A DNA stretch of 64,000 bases, taken from a bacterium. GTDB taxonomy: Bacteria; Desulfobacterota; DSWW01. The notes under the pieces were generated by a model. It saw only the letters and a program-made list of their open reading frames with translations. It was not told the DNA's origin and did not search any database. Positions 61,016 through 64,000 of this stretch are shown one piece after another. The number at the start of each line of letters is the position of its first letter. The stretch's first letter is position 1. The stretch covers positions 32,001-96,000 of the forward strand of contig JBFLZG010000126.1 in assembly GCA_040756235.1 (NCBI GenBank). The letters are read 5' to 3'. The position numbers and the translations under genes were made by a program.

Positions 61016-61140
61016 CAGGCTGTTGAAAAACGCCCATCTGCTGCGTTCGGTTCGTTGTTCGTCATTGCGGCGTACGAGTCCGTACGCCTCGTTCCTCAGA
61101 GCTTCTCCTGCCTGGCATCTGGGCATTTTTGAACAGCCTG
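61016..61140. mobile_element. MITE-like element, copy D
   Basis: TIRs CAGGCTGTTGAAAAA / TTTTTGAACAGCCTG; internal GGCGTACG-AGTC-CGTACGCC hairpin; opposite orientation to copies B and C. Confidence 0.75.
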
Positions 61141-61173
61141 CGTGAGGCGGTTCTTGAGACGGGCTCCTTACGG

Positions 61174-62163
61174 TCACGAGGAGCGCATGCGTCGCAGGAT
61201 GCGCAAAGCCACCTCCAGCGCCCTCCTGCCCTCTGCGCCCCCGACCTCGGGAGGCTCACGGCTGCGGACGCTCGATACGAAGGCGGCGAGCTCGTCGTGG
61301 AGCGCATCGGAATCCGTGATCTTGTGCTGCTCGCCGGTGATCTCGGGCGCTCCTCCTTCGGGCCGCACCTTCCTGCGGAAGATCTGGACTTCGCGGGCGT
61401 CGTAGTCGACCGAGAGGTAGGCATCGGGCTGAAAGAACCGGATCTTGCGCGTTCTCTTCAGACTGACGCGGCTCGCCGTGAGGTTGGCGACCGTCCCGTC
61501 GCGAAAATACAGCCGCGCGTTCGCGATGTCCACGTTGTTGGAAAGAACCGGTACCCCCACCGAATCCACCTTGAGGAGGGGCGTCCTCACGAATTTGAGC
61601 ACGATGTCGATGTCGTGGATCATAAGGTCGAGGACCACGTCCACGTCGGTCCCTCTTTCCTGAAACGGACCCAGCCGATGGGCCTCGATGAAGCGGGGGG
61701 ATTCGAGCACGCCTTGGGCGGCTTTCCAGGCCGCGTTGAAGCGCTCGAGGTGCCCCACTTGAAGGATCCGCCCGTTCCTGCGCGCCAACCGGACGAGCTC
61801 GGAGGCTTCTCGAAGAGTCGACGCCATGGGCTTCTCGATGAGCACGTCGATGCGATGGGCCAGCAAGCCTCGGGCGACGGCGTAGTGCTCCGTGGTCGGG
61901 ACGGCCACGCTCGCGGCGTCGATCAGAGGATACACCTCCTCGGGGCTCCGGAAGGCCCGCGTACCCAGGGCGCCGGCCACGGCCGCGGCACGCTCGGCAT
62001 CCTTGTCCACGACGCCCGCCAACTCCACGCCTTCCATGGCTGCGTATTTCTGCGCGTGATACCGGCCCAGGTATCCCACTCCGATGACCGCCGTGCGGAT
62101 CCGGTGCGGGGAAGCCCTCCGGTCCGTCTGCAGGTGCGAGGCCGAAACAGAGGGGTGCGTCAC
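61174..62163 (-). CDS. Gfo/Idh/MocA oxidoreductase, GnnA-like
   Basis: GVGYLG, IEKP, VGHLERFN and DLMIHDID motifs; located between lpxA and lpxB. Confidence 0.85.
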   Translation of the reverse strand: MTHPSVSASHLQTDRRASPHRIRTAVIGVGYLGRYHAQKYAAMEGVELAGVVDKDAERAAAVAGALGTRAFRSPEEVYPLIDAASVAVPTTEHYAVARGLLAHRIDVLIEKPMASTLREASELVRLARRNGRILQVGHLERFNAAWKAAQGVLESPRFIEAHRLGPFQERGTDVDVVLDLMIHDIDIVLKFVRTPLLKVDSVGVPVLSNNVDIANARLYFRDGTVANLTASRVSLKRTRKIRFFQPDAYLSVDYDAREVQIFRRKVRPEGGAPEITGEQHKITDSDALHDELAAFVSSVRSREPPEVGGAEGRRALEVALRILRRMRSS

Positions 62164-62930
62164 CGGCAGATGCCTCTGCGGCTGCCCTTGAGGAAATCGA
62201 GCAGGTGGGCGACATCGGGGTCGTTCCCGAGGTCGCCCGTCACCTGGTCGATCGCGCCTTCCAGGAGCAGACCCGACTGGAAGAGAGTTCGGTAGGCTTT
62301 GCGCAGCCGGCGAAGCTGCTCGGGAGCGAAGCCGTTGCGGCGCAGCCCCACCAGATTCAGCCCGTAGAGCCGGGTGCGGAAGCCGGCTGCGCTGGTGTAC
62401 GGGGGAATGTCCAGGGACACGCCCGAGAGGGCGGCCACCATCGCGAACCGGCCGATGCGCACGAACTGGTGGACGCCCACCAGCCCGCCGAGGATGGCGC
62501 TCCGCTCGACCAGGACGTGGCCCGCCAGGGTGGCTCCGTTGGACATGATCACCGAGTCCTCGATGGTGCAGTCGTGGGCCACGTGACAGTAAGCCATGAA
62601 GACGTTGCGGTTGCCGATGGAGGTGATGCCGCGGTCCTGAACGGTGCCGAGGTGGATCGTCACGAACTCGCGGAACACGTTGCCCGATCCGATCTTGAGC
62701 TCGGTCGGCTCGCCGCGGTACTTCATGTGCTGCGGGATCTCGCCGATCGAGGCGAACTGAAAGATGCGGTTGTTCTCACCGATCTCGGTCCTGCCGCCGA
62801 TCACGACGTGGGGGCCGACCCAGGTCCCGGAGCCGATCCTGACGTGCGGGCCGATGGTGCAATAGGGGCCGATCTCGGCGGACGCATGGATTTCGGCCCC
62901 CGGTTCCACGATCGCCGTGGGGTGTATCAT
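62160..62930 (-). CDS. lpxA: UDP-GlcNAc acyltransferase
   Basis: IHPTA, hexapeptide repeats, REFVTI..GT, HVAHDC, LAGHV, VHQF and GLN.VGL.R motifs. Confidence 0.95.
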   Translation of the reverse strand: MIHPTAIVEPGAEIHASAEIGPYCTIGPHVRIGSGTWVGPHVVIGGRTEIGENNRIFQFASIGEIPQHMKYRGEPTELKIGSGNVFREFVTIHLGTVQDRGITSIGNRNVFMAYCHVAHDCTIEDSVIMSNGATLAGHVLVERSAILGGLVGVHQFVRIGRFAMVAALSGVSLDIPPYTSAAGFRTRLYGLNLVGLRRNGFAPEQLRRLRKAYRTLFQSGLLLEGAIDQVTGDLGNDPDVAHLLDFLKGSRRGICR

Positions 62931-63376
62931 TCCTGCTCCTCCAGGCTGTGAGGCAGAAAGGCTGCCAGCAGGACGGCTTCCATCACCGTCGTGCCGTCGA
63001 CCGTGGCCGTGCCCTTCACCTTCCAGATGTCCCGTTTTCTTTTCAGAAACTCCAGCTCGAACAGGACCTGATCCCCCGGCAGAACCGGCCTGCGGAATCG
63101 CACTTCGTCCAAACCGGCCAGGTAGAGCATGCCGTTGTCGGTCCCGGCTTGGGTGCGCAGCACGAACAGCGCTCCCACCTGGGCCATGGCCTCCACCAGG
63201 ACCGTTCCCGGAACGATGGGGGCTCCGGGGAAGTGGCCCTGGAAGAAAGGTTCGTTCACTGTGAAGTTCTTGAGGCCCAGGATGCGTTTGCCCGTCTCGA
63301 GCTCGACGACGCGATCCACCAGGAGAATGGGATAGCGGTGGCGGAGCAGTCTCTGGATCTCACAGGCTTCGAGCAT
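62927..63376 (-). CDS. fabZ: 3-hydroxyacyl-ACP dehydratase
   Basis: HRYP.LLVD, NEPFFQGHFP, EAMAQ and FRRPV.PGD motifs. Confidence 0.95.
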   Translation of the reverse strand: MLEACEIQRLLRHRYPILLVDRVVELETGKRILGLKNFTVNEPFFQGHFPGAPIVPGTVLVEAMAQVGALFVLRTQAGTDNGMLYLAGLDEVRFRRPVLPGDQVLFELEFLKRKRDIWKVKGTATVDGTTVMEAVLLAAFLPHSLEEQE

Positions 63377-63381
63377 GGGCT

Positions 63382-64000
63382 TCAAGGCTCTCTCCCCTTC
63401 GTCCGATCGTCGGCCGGGGCCGCGCGCGCGTCGCCGCCTGCCGGCGCCGCTCCTCCCGCTCCCGCCCCCTCCCCCGGGGACGGTGCGGCCTCCAGGCACG
63501 AGCGCAGCGCCCGGATCTCGCTCTCCAGCTTGAAGACCCGCTCACGCAGCTGGGGAAGCCGCTTGAAGGCCGCAATCGTCTTGAGGAAGTGTTCGTAGGG
63601 CATCGTGGGGATGCCGGAGACGACCTCGCCGTCCCGAATGGAGGCGTGAATGCCGGACTTGGCGCCGACCTTGACGTCGTTGCCGATGCGGATGTGGCCG
63701 ACCGCGCCGACCTGGCCGGCCAGCACGGCGCGGTCGCCCACGACGGTGGAGCCGGAGATGCCGACCTGTGAGACGAGCACCGCGTCCTCGCCGATTCGCA
63801 CGTTGTGGGCCACCTGCACGAGGTTGTCGATCTTGGCGCCTCTGCCGATGCGCGTCTCCCCCAGGGTCGCCCGGTCGACGCAGCTGTTGGCTCCGATCTC
63901 CACGTCATCTTCGATTCGCACGATGCCGACCTGGGGGATCTTGAGGTGACGGCCGTCCTCCTGCGCGAAGCCGAAGCCGTCCGCACCCACGACCGCGCCG
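63382..64000 (-). CDS. lpxD: UDP-3-O-acylglucosamine N-acyltransferase, 3' part
   Basis: GADGFGF, IPQVG, EIGAN..VDR and [12 protein letters not shown] motifs. Confidence 0.95.
   Translation of the reverse strand, partial: GAVVGADGFGFAQEDGRHLKIPQVGIVRIEDDVEIGANSCVDRATLGETRIGRGAKIDNLVQVAHNVRIGEDAVLVSQVGISGSTVVGDRAVLAGQVGAVGHIRIGNDVKVGAKSGIHASIRDGEVVSGIPTMPYEHFLKTIAAFKRLPQLRERVFKLESEIRALRSCLEAAPSPGEGAGAGGAAPAGGDARAAPADDRTKGREP

Noticed and set aside
1..64000. tRNA (including tRNA-Sec), rRNA, integrase or transposase genes
   Set aside because: None recognised by eye; tRNAscan-SE and Infernal would be needed to exclude them.

Overview
GC-rich bacterial chromosomal window; gene content and a Zur box suggest a deltaproteobacterial (Desulfobacterota-like) anaerobe, which is inference only. 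In order: nlpD(partial)-pcm-surE, mnmA, a tandem VAO/PCMH-type flavoprotein, HtrA, an RND efflux trio, iorA-iorB-paaK-ACT, an octaheme HAO-family cytochrome, zur-znuACB-menA-like-methyltransferase-NifU, radical SAM plus GH99/WbsX-like, an LPS/polysaccharide region, glgC, yqgE, purF, a eukaryote-type UDP-HexNAc pyrophosphorylase and a long lipid A/core operon (lpxD to waaC/trm112). The top finding is missed by the ORF track: a 250-aa MerB-like (organomercurial lyase fold) gene at 49737-50489 (-) with two in-frame TGA codons at the positions of MerB's two catalytic cysteines. Each TGA is followed 11-12 nt later by a SECIS-like hairpin with a GGUC(U) loop, so this is very probably a double-selenocysteine protein. 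Also notable: an IS5-like MITE family whose ends supply gene stop codons, a GmhB fused to a decayed HldC-like domain with an AT-rich island, and several unusual fusions.
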